DNA from: Tubiluchus corallicola
Lineage: Eukaryota > Animalia > Priapulida
DNA: 35,845 nucleotides
Assembly (NCBI GenBank): GCA_030141605.1
Contig: JAQGDQ010001533.1
Coordinates: forward strand, 1 to 35,845
Reading direction: 5' to 3'
Shown piece by piece: positions 1 through 10,797 of this stretch. Numbering within the stretch: the first letter of the stretch is position 1; every line of letters begins with the position of its first letter. Below the pieces are notes generated by a model. It made no database searches, was not told the origin of the DNA, and worked only from the letters and a program-made list of their open reading frames with translations. The translations under genes were made by a program, and so were the position numbers.

Positions 1-189
1 TTGTGTGAAGAAGACCAAGACTACACCACATTGGGGTTGGCTGTAGGAGCTGCCGGAGTCAGTGAGCATGCTGCACTGGTCCGCCTTCGGGGCTCCACTC
101 CTGATTTGGAAGGTTTACTCCTCTACACATGGCCGTTGGGTCACTTGACCTCCTCCACCCTCTATCCGTTAGCTGCTTGTTCATCCCGC

Positions 190-279
190 AAGCTTACAGC
201 ACCTGGTATTCCTAGGCGGTCACCCATCCAATTACTAACAGGCTCTACGTTGCTTAACTTCGGTGATCGGACGAGAACC
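190..279 (-). pseudogene. 5'-truncated 5S rRNA copy (about nt 30-120), possibly the head of a 5S-derived SINE
   Basis: Reverse complement reads GGTTCTCGTCCGATCACCGAAGTTAAGC...GGATGGGTGACCGCCTAGGAATACCAGGTGCTGTAAGCTT, the metazoan 5S sequence including the internal control region. The 5' end is replaced by (TA)n and no poly-T terminator follows. Confidence 0.85.
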
Positions 280-394
280 TGTGTGTATATATATATATAC
301 ATATATACATTTTATATAAATTAAATGAAGTGAATTTAAGTGCTATTGCAATAAGACATACATTATTTGAAGAGAGTATCGATTCTTTTTTCAG

Positions 395-559
395 GGATAA
401 TTCCCCTGGCAATAATCTGCAAAATCGGACTACTGTTATCCACAATCTACTAATCGTACTTCAAGTTTTGAGAAAATATTTCCCCAAATCGCCAATAATC
501 GGTTGTCTTGGAAACCATGACGTAGCACCAGCTGATCAAATGCCAGCCAATGATAGCAG
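395..559 (+). CDS. Internal exon of an acid sphingomyelinase-like phosphodiesterase (SMPDL3 family, calcineurin-like metallophosphoesterase)
   Basis: Acceptor ttttttcag and donor AG|gtaata. Encodes (G)DNSPG...LRKYFPKSPIIGCLGNHDVAPADQMP, with the GD and GNHD metal-binding motifs in SMPDL3-like context (FPxxxVYAALGNHDxxPxxQxP). Confidence 0.8.
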
Positions 560-1337
560 GTAATATCAGGTTTTGACAAAAATGCTAATAATCGGTTGTC
601 TTGGAAACCATGACGTAGCACCAGCTGATCAAATGCCAGCCAATGATAGCAGGTAATATCAGGTTTTGACAAAAATGCTAATAATCGGTTGTCTTGGAAA
701 CCATGACGTAGCACCAGCTGATCAAATGCCAGCCAATGATAGCAGGTAATATCAGGTTTTGACAAAAATGCTAATAATCGGTTGTCTTGGAAACCATGAC
801 GTAGCACCAGCTGATCAAATGCCAGCCAATGATAGCAGGTAATATCAGGTTTTGACAAAAATGCTAATAATCGGTTGTCTTGGAAACCATGACGTAGCAC
901 CAGCTGATCAAATGCCAGCCAATGATAGCAGGTAATATCAGGTTTTGACAAAAATGCTAATAATCGGTTGTCTTGGAAACCATGACGTAGGTCCAGCTGA
1001 TCAAATGCCAGCCAATGATAGCAGGTAATATCAGGTTTTGACAAAAACGCCAATAATCGGTTGTCTTGGAAACCATGACGTAGGTCCAGCTGATCAAATG
1101 CCAGCCAATGATAGCAGGTAATATCAGGTTTTGACAAAAACGCCAATAATCGGTTGTCTTGGAAACCATGCCGTAGCACAAACTCATCAAATGCCAGCCA
1201 ATGATAGCAGGTAAAATAAGTTTTTGACAAAAATGCTAATAATCGATTGTCTTGGAAACCATGACGTAGCACCAGCTGATCAAATGCCAACCAATAATAG
1301 CAGGTGAAATTACAAACATCAGGTTTTGACAAAAACG
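487..1337 (+). repeat. 93-bp tandem repeat, 9 copies, spanning the exon 3' end and donor site
   Basis: GTCTTGGAAACCATG recurs every 93 nt from about 506 to about 1250. Copy 1 is the exon end. Confidence 0.95.
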
Positions 1338-1454
1338 ACAATCATTCACCAGAGCATGGCCACGCAGATTTCCTCGTGCATGTTTTTTTTAGATTGAGAT
1401 AGTCCAAGCTGTTAAATTTGGAAGAAGTTTGCATTTTCCCACACAATTTCAATA

Positions 1455-1902
1455 CCTTAACACTAATCCTATCCTTAACCCCAACCCAGCCTTAACCCTA
1501 ACCTTTACCCCAACCCTGATCGTAACCTTAACCATAATCCTACCCTTAACCCTTGCCCTGCCTTAACCCAAACGTTTACCCCAACCCCAACCCTGATCCT
1601 AACCTTAACCATAACCCAGCCTTAACCCAAATCTTAATTCCAATCCCAACCCTTATCCTAACCCTTACCGTTATCCTACCCCTAACCCTAACCCTAATCT
1701 TAACCCTAACCCAGCCCTAACCCTAATCTTAACCCTAACCCAGCCCTAGCCCAAATCTAAACCCCAATCCTAACCCTTATTCTAAACCTAATCCTTATCC
1801 TTACCCAAAACTTAACCTTAACCCCAACCCTATCCCTGACCCTAACCCTAATCCCAATCCTAATCTTAACCCTAACCCCAATCCTGACCCTAACCTTAAC
1901 CT
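1455..1902. repeat. Degenerate (TAACCC)n telomere-like simple repeat
   Basis: Imperfect hexamers cctaac/cccaac/cttaac/cctaat over about 450 bp. Confidence 0.85.
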
Positions 1903-2000
1903 TACACCCATGCCACATTACGGCGCACTTAATCTTTGACCTACAGCAATTGCGCATGCGCACAACGAAACTGTTGAAAGGCTTATTTTGGCGGAATTTC
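1900..2000. repeat. Terminus of a dispersed repeat shared with the element at 30200-30604
   Basis: ACCTACAGCAATTGCGCATGCGCACAAC..ACTGTTGAAAGGCTTATTT here versus ACCTACAACAATTGCGTGTGCGCACAAC..ACTGTGAAAAGGCTTATTT at about 30556-30605. Confidence 0.65.
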
Positions 2001-2042
2001 AGTTGTATAGATTGTTAACTACTGTGTTTTTGTATAAAAATT

Positions 2043-4172
2043 AGGCGCGTTCAGACGTAGAGACTTCTCTCGCAACTTGTTGCACAACTTCTCTCTGTGA
2101 ATAAAGTTCCAACGTGTGAACAGCTTGGCAACTTGTTGCGCAACTTCTCTCTGTGAGTAAAGTTGCAACGTATGAACGGTTTGGCAACTTGTTGCGTAAC
2201 TTCTCTCTGAGAGTAAAGTTGCAACATGTGAACGGTTTGGCAACTTGTTGCGTAACTTCTCTCTGAGAGTAAAGTTGCAACATGTGAACGGCTTGGCAAC
2301 TTGTTGCGCAACTTCTCTCTGAGAGTAAAGTTGTAACTTGTGAACGGCTTGGCAACTTGTTGCGCAACTTCTCTCTGAGAGTAAAGTTCCAACGTGTGAA
2401 CGGCTTGGCAACTTGTTGCGCAACTTCTCTCTGTGAGTAAAGTTGCAACGTGTGAACGGCTTGGCAACTTGTTGCGCTACTTCTCTCTGTGAGTAAAGTT
2501 CCAACGTGTGAACGGCTTGACAACTTGTTGCGCAACTTCTCTCTGTGAGTAAAGTTGCAACATGTGAACGGCTTGGCAACTTGTTGCGCAACTTCTCTCT
2601 GAGAGTAAAGTTGCAACGTGTGAACGGTTTGGCAACTTGTTGCACAACTTCTCTCTGTGAGTAAAGTTGCAACGTGTGAACTGTTTGGCAACTTGTTGTG
2701 CAACTTCTCTCTGAGAGTAAAGTTTCAAAGTGTGAACGGTTTGGCACCTTGTTGCACAACTTCTCTCTGAGAGTAAAGTTGCAACGTGTGAACGGTTTGG
2801 CAACTTGTTGCGCGACTTCTCTTTGTGAGTAAAGTTGCAACGTGTGAATGGCTTGGCAACTTGTTGCTCAACTTCTCTCTGTGAGTAAAGTTCCAACGTG
2901 TGAACGGCTTGGCAACTTGTTGCTCAACTTCTCTCTGTGAGTAAAGTTGCAACGTGTGAATGGTTTGGCAACTTGTTGCACAACTTCTCTCTGAGAGTAA
3001 AGTTGCAACGTGTGAACGGTTTGGCAACTTGTTGCGCGACTTCTCTCTGAGAGTAAAGTTGCAACGTGTGAATGGCTTGGCAACTTGTTGCGCAACTTCT
3101 CTCTGTGAGTAAAGTTGCAATGTGTGAACGGCTTGGCAACTTGTTGCGTAACTTCTCTCTGTGAGTAAAGTTGTAACGTGTGAACGGTTTGGCAACTTGT
3201 TGCGCAACTTCTCTCTGAGAGTAAAGTTCCAACGTGTGAACGGCTTGGCAACTTGTTGTACAACTTCTCTCTGAGAGTAAAGTTCCAACGTGTGAACGGT
3301 TTGGCAACTTGTTGTACAACTTCTCTCTGTGAGTAAAGTTGTAACGTGTGAACGGTTTGGCAACTTGTTGCGCAACTTCTCTCTGAGAGTAAAGTTCCAA
3401 CGTGTGAACGGCTTGGCAACTTGTTGTACAACTTCTCTCTGAGAGTAAAGTTCCAACGTGTGATCGGCTTGGCAACTTGTGTAACTTCTCTCTGTGAGTA
3501 AAGTTGTAACGTATGAACGGTTTGGCAACTTGTTGTGCAACTTCTCTCTGAGAGTAAAGTTCCAACATGTGAACGGCTTGGCAACTTGTGTAACTTCTCT
3601 CTGTGAGTAAAGTTGTAACGTATGAACGGTTTGGCAACTTGTGTAACTTCTCTCTGTGAGTAAAGTTCCAACGTGTGAACGGTTTGGCAACTTGTTGTAC
3701 AACTTCTCTCTGAGAGTAAAGTTCCAACGTGTGAACGGTTTGGCAACTTGTGTAGCTTCTCTCTGTGAGCAAAGTTGTAACGTATGAACGGTTTGGCAAC
3801 TTGTTGCACAACTTCTCTCTGTGAGTAAAGTTCCAACATGTAAACGGCTTGGCAACTTGTGTAACTTCTCTCTGTGAGTAAAGTTGTAATGTATGAACGG
3901 TTTGGCAACTTGTTGTGCAACTTCTCTCTGTGAGTAAAGTTCCAACATGTGAACGGCTTGGCAACTTGTGTAACTTCTCTCTGTGAGTAAAGTTGTAATG
4001 TATGAACGGTTTGGCAACTTGTTGTGCAACTTCTCTCTGAGAGTAAAGTTGTAACGTGTGAACGGCTTGGCAACTTGTTGCGCAACTTCTAAACCGTTCG
4101 CACGTGCTACTTCACTCAAACAATAAGTTGAGCAATAAGTTGCAAGAGAAGTTTCTGCGTCTGAACGCGCCT
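2043..4172. mobile_element. Non-autonomous TIR element (Harbinger- or Kolobok-like MITE) carrying an internal satellite
   Basis: About 35-bp imperfect terminal inverted repeats AGGCGCGTTCAGACGTAGAGACTTCTCTCGCAACT and AGTTGCAAGAGAAGTTTCTGCGTCTGAACGCGCCT. TSD is imperfect, so the superfamily is uncertain. Confidence 0.8.
2062..4090. repeat. 56-bp minisatellite (about 36 copies; 53-bp variants in the 3' part)
   Basis: Unit AACTTCTCTCTGAGAGTAAAGTTGCAACGTGTGAACGGTTTGGCAACTTGTTGCGC. Confidence 0.95.
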
Positions 4173-4296
4173 TTATAAGCGTCTGCGTTCTTGAAACAAA
4201 CGCATAACTCATCTCTTTATTTTAATCTTCAACGAAAAGTTCTTGGAAAACGCTGTCATTGCAATTGCGTACATACATGTCCTCTTTATGTTGCAG

Positions 4297-4373
4297 TTTC
4301 TACGAATCCGTCCTGAATGAAGCCAAGTTGATAAACGTTGTACCACCTCACGGGATTCACTCGTTTGTTGAAG
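4297..4373 (+). CDS. Next exon of the SMPDL3-like gene
   Basis: Acceptor ttgcag and donor G|gtatgg. Phase joins exon 395-559 (AG+T=Ser). Encodes FYESVLNEAKLINVVPPHGIHSFVE(G), matching the position of the SMPDL3 'IY..IA.LW..W......F.KG' segment. Confidence 0.65.
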
Positions 4374-4506
4374 GTATGGTTATCACTGTAATTAGTGATT
4401 AATTATTTAGAATATTCATTCCAACCATAAGTCCCTAACCAACCATAACCTGCAAACTGCGCTGCCATTTGATGTTGTAATTCTGCTGGTAACTGTTTAT
4501 ATGGCC

Positions 4507-4535
4507 TTATTTATTTATTTATTTATTTATTTATT

Positions 4536-4566
<31 letters not shown>

Positions 4567-4611
4567 TTCATTCATTCATTCATTCATTCATTCATTCATT
4601 CATTCATTCAT

Positions 4612-4666
<55 letters not shown>

Positions 4667-4676
4667 TTATTTATAT
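4507..4676. repeat. (TTAT)n/(TTCA)n microsatellite
   Basis: Seen directly. Confidence 0.95.
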
Positions 4677-4842
4677 ATGATTGATACCCAACGCTGCTCT
4701 GCTGTCAACATTTCTCATGTCAGACAAAAAGATGACATAAAGGCGAAGCCAGCAGAGAAACCCTAGTGGGAGGAAGGAGGGGGCGCAAAACTCGGGAATT
4801 ACTGTTGTTACACTGATGCCTATTTAGAAAAGCTATTCTGTT

Positions 4843-4981
4843 TGATTGATTGATTGATCGATTGATTTATTGATTGGTTGATTGGTTCGTGAGTTGGTTG
4901 GTTGGTTGATTGGTTGATTGATTGGTCGGTCGGTCGGTCTTTGCATGGACTTTTTTATCTGAATTGAAATTATAATCAATC

Positions 4982-5022
<41 letters not shown>

Positions 5023-5215
5023 CTGACTGACTGACTGACTGACTGACTGACTGACTGACTGACTGACTGACTGACTGACTGACTGACTGACTGACTGACT
5101 GACTGACTGACTGACTGACTGACTGACTGACTGACTGACTGACTGACTGACTGACTGACTGACTGACTGACTGACTGACTGACTGACTGACTGACTGACT
5201 GACTGACTGACTGAC

Positions 5216-5300
<85 letters not shown>

Positions 5301-5440
5301 CATTCATTCATTCATTCATTCATTCGTAGATGGATGGATGGATGGATGGATGGATGGATGGATGGATGGATGGATGTACGGACGGACGGACGGACGGACC
5401 GACCGACCGACCGATCGACCAATTGATTGACTGATTGATT
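4843..5440. repeat. Compound tetranucleotide microsatellite (GATT/GGTT/GACT/CATT/GATG/GACG/GACC)
   Basis: Seen directly. Interrupted by a 43-bp unique segment at 4940-4982. Confidence 0.95.
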
Positions 5441-6264
5441 AAAATTTCAATTCAGATAAAAAAGTCCATGCAAAACACAATACATAAACTCTATGCTTCG
5501 TTTGTGACGGTTTTTGTCCTGAGTTTTTGAGTTTGTTTGCCTTAACGATTAGTTGAATGCATGAATTTCGTTTTCTTGTTTCTTTGCTTAGTTGTTTATT
5601 TGAGGTCAGTCGGTTGGTAAAGTTGACTGATGGTTTTCTAGCTGGCTCCTTTGTATGATGGTTTATTAATTGGATGTTTATGAGGCTAAGTGACTTGACT
5701 GCCTGGCTGCTTGACTGGCTGACTAGCTGAATACCTGGCTGTCTGGTTGGTTATTGATAGGTTAGTTGGTTAATCACTCTTCGAATTACCAATGAAATAG
5801 TTGAGCAGTTTTTTATTTGTAAGTTTGAAATGGCAAATAAACAGTTTATCTACCTATCTGTCTGTCTGTCTTACTGTCTGTCTGTCATCATCATTAGCAT
5901 CATCAATCACTGGAACTGGGAAAAGGCTTATTTTACAACGATGTAGAAATACAATCTGTTTGCAGACAATCACAGTGTCTTTTTAATTCCCCTTGTGACG
6001 TCATACGCCCACGCCATAGCTATAGACAGCTTGAGTGCTATTGATGTATTGAGGGCCGCGTGAATGAATCTTATACGTCATATTCTATCATATTACACAC
6101 CATCATATGTGTTTTAGTGCTTCGTTGATAGTCAGGGCTCTTAGATAAACGAAAATGCTATTGAGATAATAAAATGTCAGATGTCAACGTTAAAGAGAAA
6201 GAAAGGGGAATCTTAAAAGAAAAGACAGGTCTTCTAGGATATGATGTTAATGCATGACAAGTTC

Positions 6265-6307
<43 letters not shown>

Positions 6308-6496
6308 TCCCAAAAGACCTTTCACACAAAGTTATAGTTTACCGTTTACAAGTTAAAATAAACAATTTTATACATGTACACACTATGTATATTTACATAT
6401 ATATATGTTATTTATGTAAATATATATACATAGTGTATACATGTACAAAATTGTTTATTATAAATTATCTAATATTATTTTAATTTATTTAGAATA

Positions 6497-6537
<41 letters not shown>

Positions 6538-6932
6538 CAAAAGACCTTCCACAGAAAGTTATATTAGTCAGCATTACACTGCATCGCCGTCCCAGTGTGC
6601 ACCACTGGCTCACCAAAAAACCACACTACTGGCAATTGACAATATAAAGTAATTTATTCTGTTGCTTAGCTATCGAAATGTATGCTAGGAATTCTCTGAT
6701 TATTTTTCAAACTTTACGCAAAGTTATCTAAGCTTGTTTCATGCCACCTACCGTTAAAATTCTGAGTCTAACGGTCATTGCGGAAGTTTTATACAGCGTT
6801 ACTGCTAACGCAAGTCCTGTATACAAGACAATATGTAAGTGATATAAAATTTCAATGCGAATTTTTTAAGCGTTTGTAAAAAAAAGTATTAAATAACTTA
6901 GTTTGCTGTATCAATTGAAACAAGCTGATTAA

Positions 6933-7466
6933 AGGAAAGGTCAACACTTCTAGGACGTTAGGCTTATTTCAATGTTCGTAAAAATGTTTGGATTTAGTAA
7001 TAAAACCCCAAAGAGCGCCTCGGGTAATTAGTAAAATCACTTTAAAGTCGCGATCAGTTCACTACTGGGTGATTCAATTTTCAATGCCCAGTCTTCCACC
7101 AATGACGTCATTCGTCCTGAAGATAAGTAGCGCACAGTCAATCTTCGTCAAAAGTACAATAAGTTTTTACAAAAAAATAAGACAGCTAATTTTGTAATAT
7201 TTTTGCGCGAACATTAAGTAAGCTGCAGAAGTTTGAATTAGTTTAAGCAGCGCATGCTTACGGAAAGTCACGACGCGCTTACGGAAAGTCACGAAGTCTC
7301 CCAGGTACTTCATAATTTTCAAGTGAATGGCGGCAGCCACCAACATAAAAATTTCTATTTAGAGGTAGTAAATTTTGAATTTATCCTTGGTAGGCAGTCT
7401 TTGCATTTTTTTTATAAGTGATAAAAGTAAAAGAAACCCAGCATACAAAATGACTTGTTCTTTCCT
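6933..7466. mobile_element. Kolobok-like MITE
   Basis: TTAA|AGGAAAGGTCAA...TTGTTCTTTCCT|TTAA, i.e. TTAA TSD with short TIRs. A diverged inverted copy lies at 25975-27095. Confidence 0.8.
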
Positions 7467-7962
7467 TTAAACACGTCCTAAAAACTTTCCTTACGTGATT
7501 TTGTGGCTGGGCAGTACGGTTACTTGATCGAAAGGCATTTCTCAGTGAAAGAAATTTCTCATTAATTTCTCAGGTAAGTGCTAAGTGATGAAATGTTTCA
7601 TTATTCCAGTGTGCACTAAACACTATAGTGTTGTGAAAGTAACTTTATTTCGTTCTAACTTTTTACAACTTTTCCTACTTTGGAGGTTTGATGAGATGCT
7701 AACATGGGTAAATTTTCAGCTTCATTAAGCTTTGGGAACACCTGTCTCCACTCATTCAAGAGAAATTATGCTCATTTGCGTAGTAATTTGACAAATCTTT
7801 AAAGCTGATATATCCACTCCAATCCACTTAAAGACAGAGGGAGGGAGAGACGGAGAGATGAAGACAGCGAGAGGGAGAGAGGGGGAGAGATGGAGAGAGA
7901 CACAGAAAGAAAAAAAGGAGAGGAAAGGGAGAAGGAGAGGAGAGGACAGGAGAGCAAAGCAC

Positions 7963-8197
<235 letters not shown>

Positions 8198-8698
8198 GTA
8201 TACACGTTATACACGTATCGATATATAGCTCTTTAGAAAGAGGAAGAACAGGGCTACACGATGATGTGGGCTATATTTTAGGACACGTCCACCAAGAGGA
8301 GTACCGACGAGTTAATTAGATGTTCTATTTTTGGCAATTTTCGCTTGAAAAACTGCTGACGCAAGCCATTGTTGTGACGTCATCCATTACACTCTGCCTA
8401 TAAACTTATAACTTTGATTCAGTAAAAGCTGCTGCTGGCTTTGCGTTAGGTAAGTAAACAAACACTAGGTAGGATGTTCGCGTATTTTTGATTATGAGTG
8501 AATTTATATGCAAAATTTTTTGCGGGGCCTTTGCTAGCATGTTAATTAATGCTTTTAAAATGACTCCTACATGGATTTTTCTAAAAGCTGCTACATTGGA
8601 ATTTAAGCCCCTGTTTGTTCTAAAAAACAATAACACTGCCTTGCATTGTTTATGCCTGTATTTACAATAAGTTTCTACCGAGACATCTTTAACCTTAA

Positions 8699-9246
8699 AG
8701 CAAAACCGGACCCAATGTTAAACTGTAGGTCAAAACAATCTACTCTTTAACATATTGAAAGGAAACATACCATTTTTCAAAAATGACTTAATATGAAAGA
8801 ATTATTACAACACAAACAGAATTTCACGTTCGCACCACTAGTTCTTTGCTGTTACATGCATTTCGTCATTCGCTAGTTAGACTGGCACTAGCGCCTGCAT
8901 TTAGGAAACAGGTGCTGTACTTCTCAGTTCAGATGCGCTCGTTTGTGACATGTTCGACAGCTCATGCGTGAGCACAGCGGTAAATCTGAAATTTGAATTT
9001 TTATCTAAAAACTTGCCTAGTTTTAGTACAACACGCTGAATCTCTTACAGTAGCGCTGTACTTCCATTTTCTCTTTCACAAACACGTGCAACACGCTCGT
9101 GGAATATTTTTGCTGTTGAAAATTACGTTAGTTTGTGACGTCTTCCAATAGTTTGGCTGACCCGTCGTTAATTAAGATTTGAATCTATTATTTAATTATC
9201 AGAAACGCTTTTGCAGTATTATTGGTGTTAAAAAATGTCTATGACG
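8699..9246. mobile_element. Dispersed repeat (TTAA-flanked MITE-like), truncated at the junction with the + strand GPCR copy
   Basis: Its reverse complement matches about 29575-30103 and 20700-20905 (e.g. AACTAACATAATTTTCAACAGCAAAAATATTCCA; AACTGAGAAGTACAGCACCTGTTT). Confidence 0.75.
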
Positions 9247-10046
9247 TTTTCCTAACATCAACTTTTGGAAATAGTCTGGTGCTTTTAGCTGTATATAAAT
9301 TTCATTACTTAAGAAGCAGAACAAATTATTTGATCGCATCACTCGCTGTGACAGACCTTACCGCCGGAATCGTGTCAACAAGTGTGATCGCATCTGTTAT
9401 ACTGCCTAGTTACAAACTGTTTATCATAGCACGGACAATACTGATCATATTAGCATTTGCAAGCATATACCACATCACTGCTATAGCAGTTGAAAGGTAC
9501 ATAGCAGTTATTTATCCACTCAAATACAACATCTACATTACTGAGAAAGTAGTGAAGTTTATGATCGGTTTCGTTTGGTCGATTTCCATCGCATTTGAGT
9601 TAATACTGAATGCTTTATACTACGAAGCAACGTCGAAGAACCTCACATTAAAAATACTGCTCGTACATATGCAAGGTGTGTTTATGTTCTTTGCTCCTGC
9701 TGTAGCAATAATAATTATGTACGTGAAGATATGGAGGGTCGTACGAAGGCAGGCGAGAATAATCCGTGCGATTAACAGACAGCAATCGGTAAAAACGAAA
9801 AGGGAAGTAAAAGGGACACGTACGCTGGGCATCGTGACCGTCACATTCATAATATGCTGGTTACCAGGCATGATTGACATGCATTACAGGATAGTATCTA
9901 CTGGTCGGCTGGCAATGAATGAGTTTCTAGCAGCATTAGGCTTTTTCAATAGCTGTCTAAATCCTATCATGTATGCTGCCAGCAGCTCGATATTCAGAAA
10001 AGCATTTGCAGAAATACTGTCGAGGAAAAATAATGTAAATGCCTAG
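9247..10046 (+). pseudogene. 5'-truncated inverted duplicate of a class A GPCR (GPCR1a)
   Basis: Open frame from mid-TM1 to the stop, with GN, LAxxD, ERY, CWLP and NPIMY motifs. It lacks the first ~35 codons and the ATG of its twin, and the upstream sequence is repeat-derived. Confidence 0.75.
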
Positions 10047-10440
10047 TTAAAGCAGTGAAACCAAGGCGTTTGTGAAAGCATTTATACTATTGAGGAAAAC
10101 TTTAGTGAATGGGTTATTCAAAGCTAAGAAGCTTGAAAAAGCATTTGTACAAATACTGTGAATAAAAACCAATGTAAATGCTTATTTAAACCAATAAAAC
10201 AAAGCACTTCGGGAAAGCTTTTGCACGATTACTCTCAATGAAAACTAATGTAAATGCTTATTTAAACCAATAAAGCAAAGCACCTCGGGAAAGCATTTAC
10301 ATGATTACTGTCAATGAAAACTAATGTAAATGCTTATTTAAACAAATAAAACAAAGCTCTTCGGGAAAGCATTTGCACGATTACTGTCAATGAAAACTAA
10401 CATAAATGCATTAATTAAACCAATGAAACCAAGTAGTTTA
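9998..10440 (+). repeat. About 76-bp degenerate tandem repeat derived from the GPCR1 C-terminus and stop codon (mirrored at 10502-10846)
   Basis: Units GAAAGCATTT....ACTGTC..GAAAA.TAATGTAAATGC.TA.TTAAA; the first unit encodes KAFAEILSRKNNVNA*. Confidence 0.8.
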
Positions 10441-10797
10441 GGCAAACAGTCTTGCAAATGTTATGAAGATGAGGCAATGTAAATACTCAGTGAAAATGCC
10501 AGTTTAAATAAGCATTTACATTGTTTTCATTGACAGTAATCATGTAAATGCTTTCCCGAGGTGCTTTGCTTTATTGGTTTAAATAAGCATTTACATTAGT
10601 TTTCATTGAGAGTAATCGTGCAAAAGCTTTCCCGAAGTGCTTTGTTTTATTGGTTTAAATAAGCATTTACATTGGTTTTTATTCACAGTATTTGTACAAA
10701 TGCTTTTTCAAGCTTCTTAGCTTTGAATAACCCATTCACTAAAGTTTTCCTCAATAGTATAAATGCTTTCACAAACGCCTTGGTTTCACTGCTTTAA

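Noticed and set aside
436-1341. 301-aa repetitive minus-strand ORF
   Set aside because: Antisense read of the 93-bp array; the coding signal (GNHD, splice sites) is on +.
2019-4212. Long overlapping minus-strand ORFs (up to 495 aa)
   Set aside because: They arise from a 56-bp repeat lacking stops on one strand; all three frames are open and there is no domain signal.
9222-9246. MVLKNVYDV as a true N-terminus for the + GPCR
   Set aside because: It starts at TTG, and the sequence belongs to the dispersed repeat also seen at about 20700-20740.
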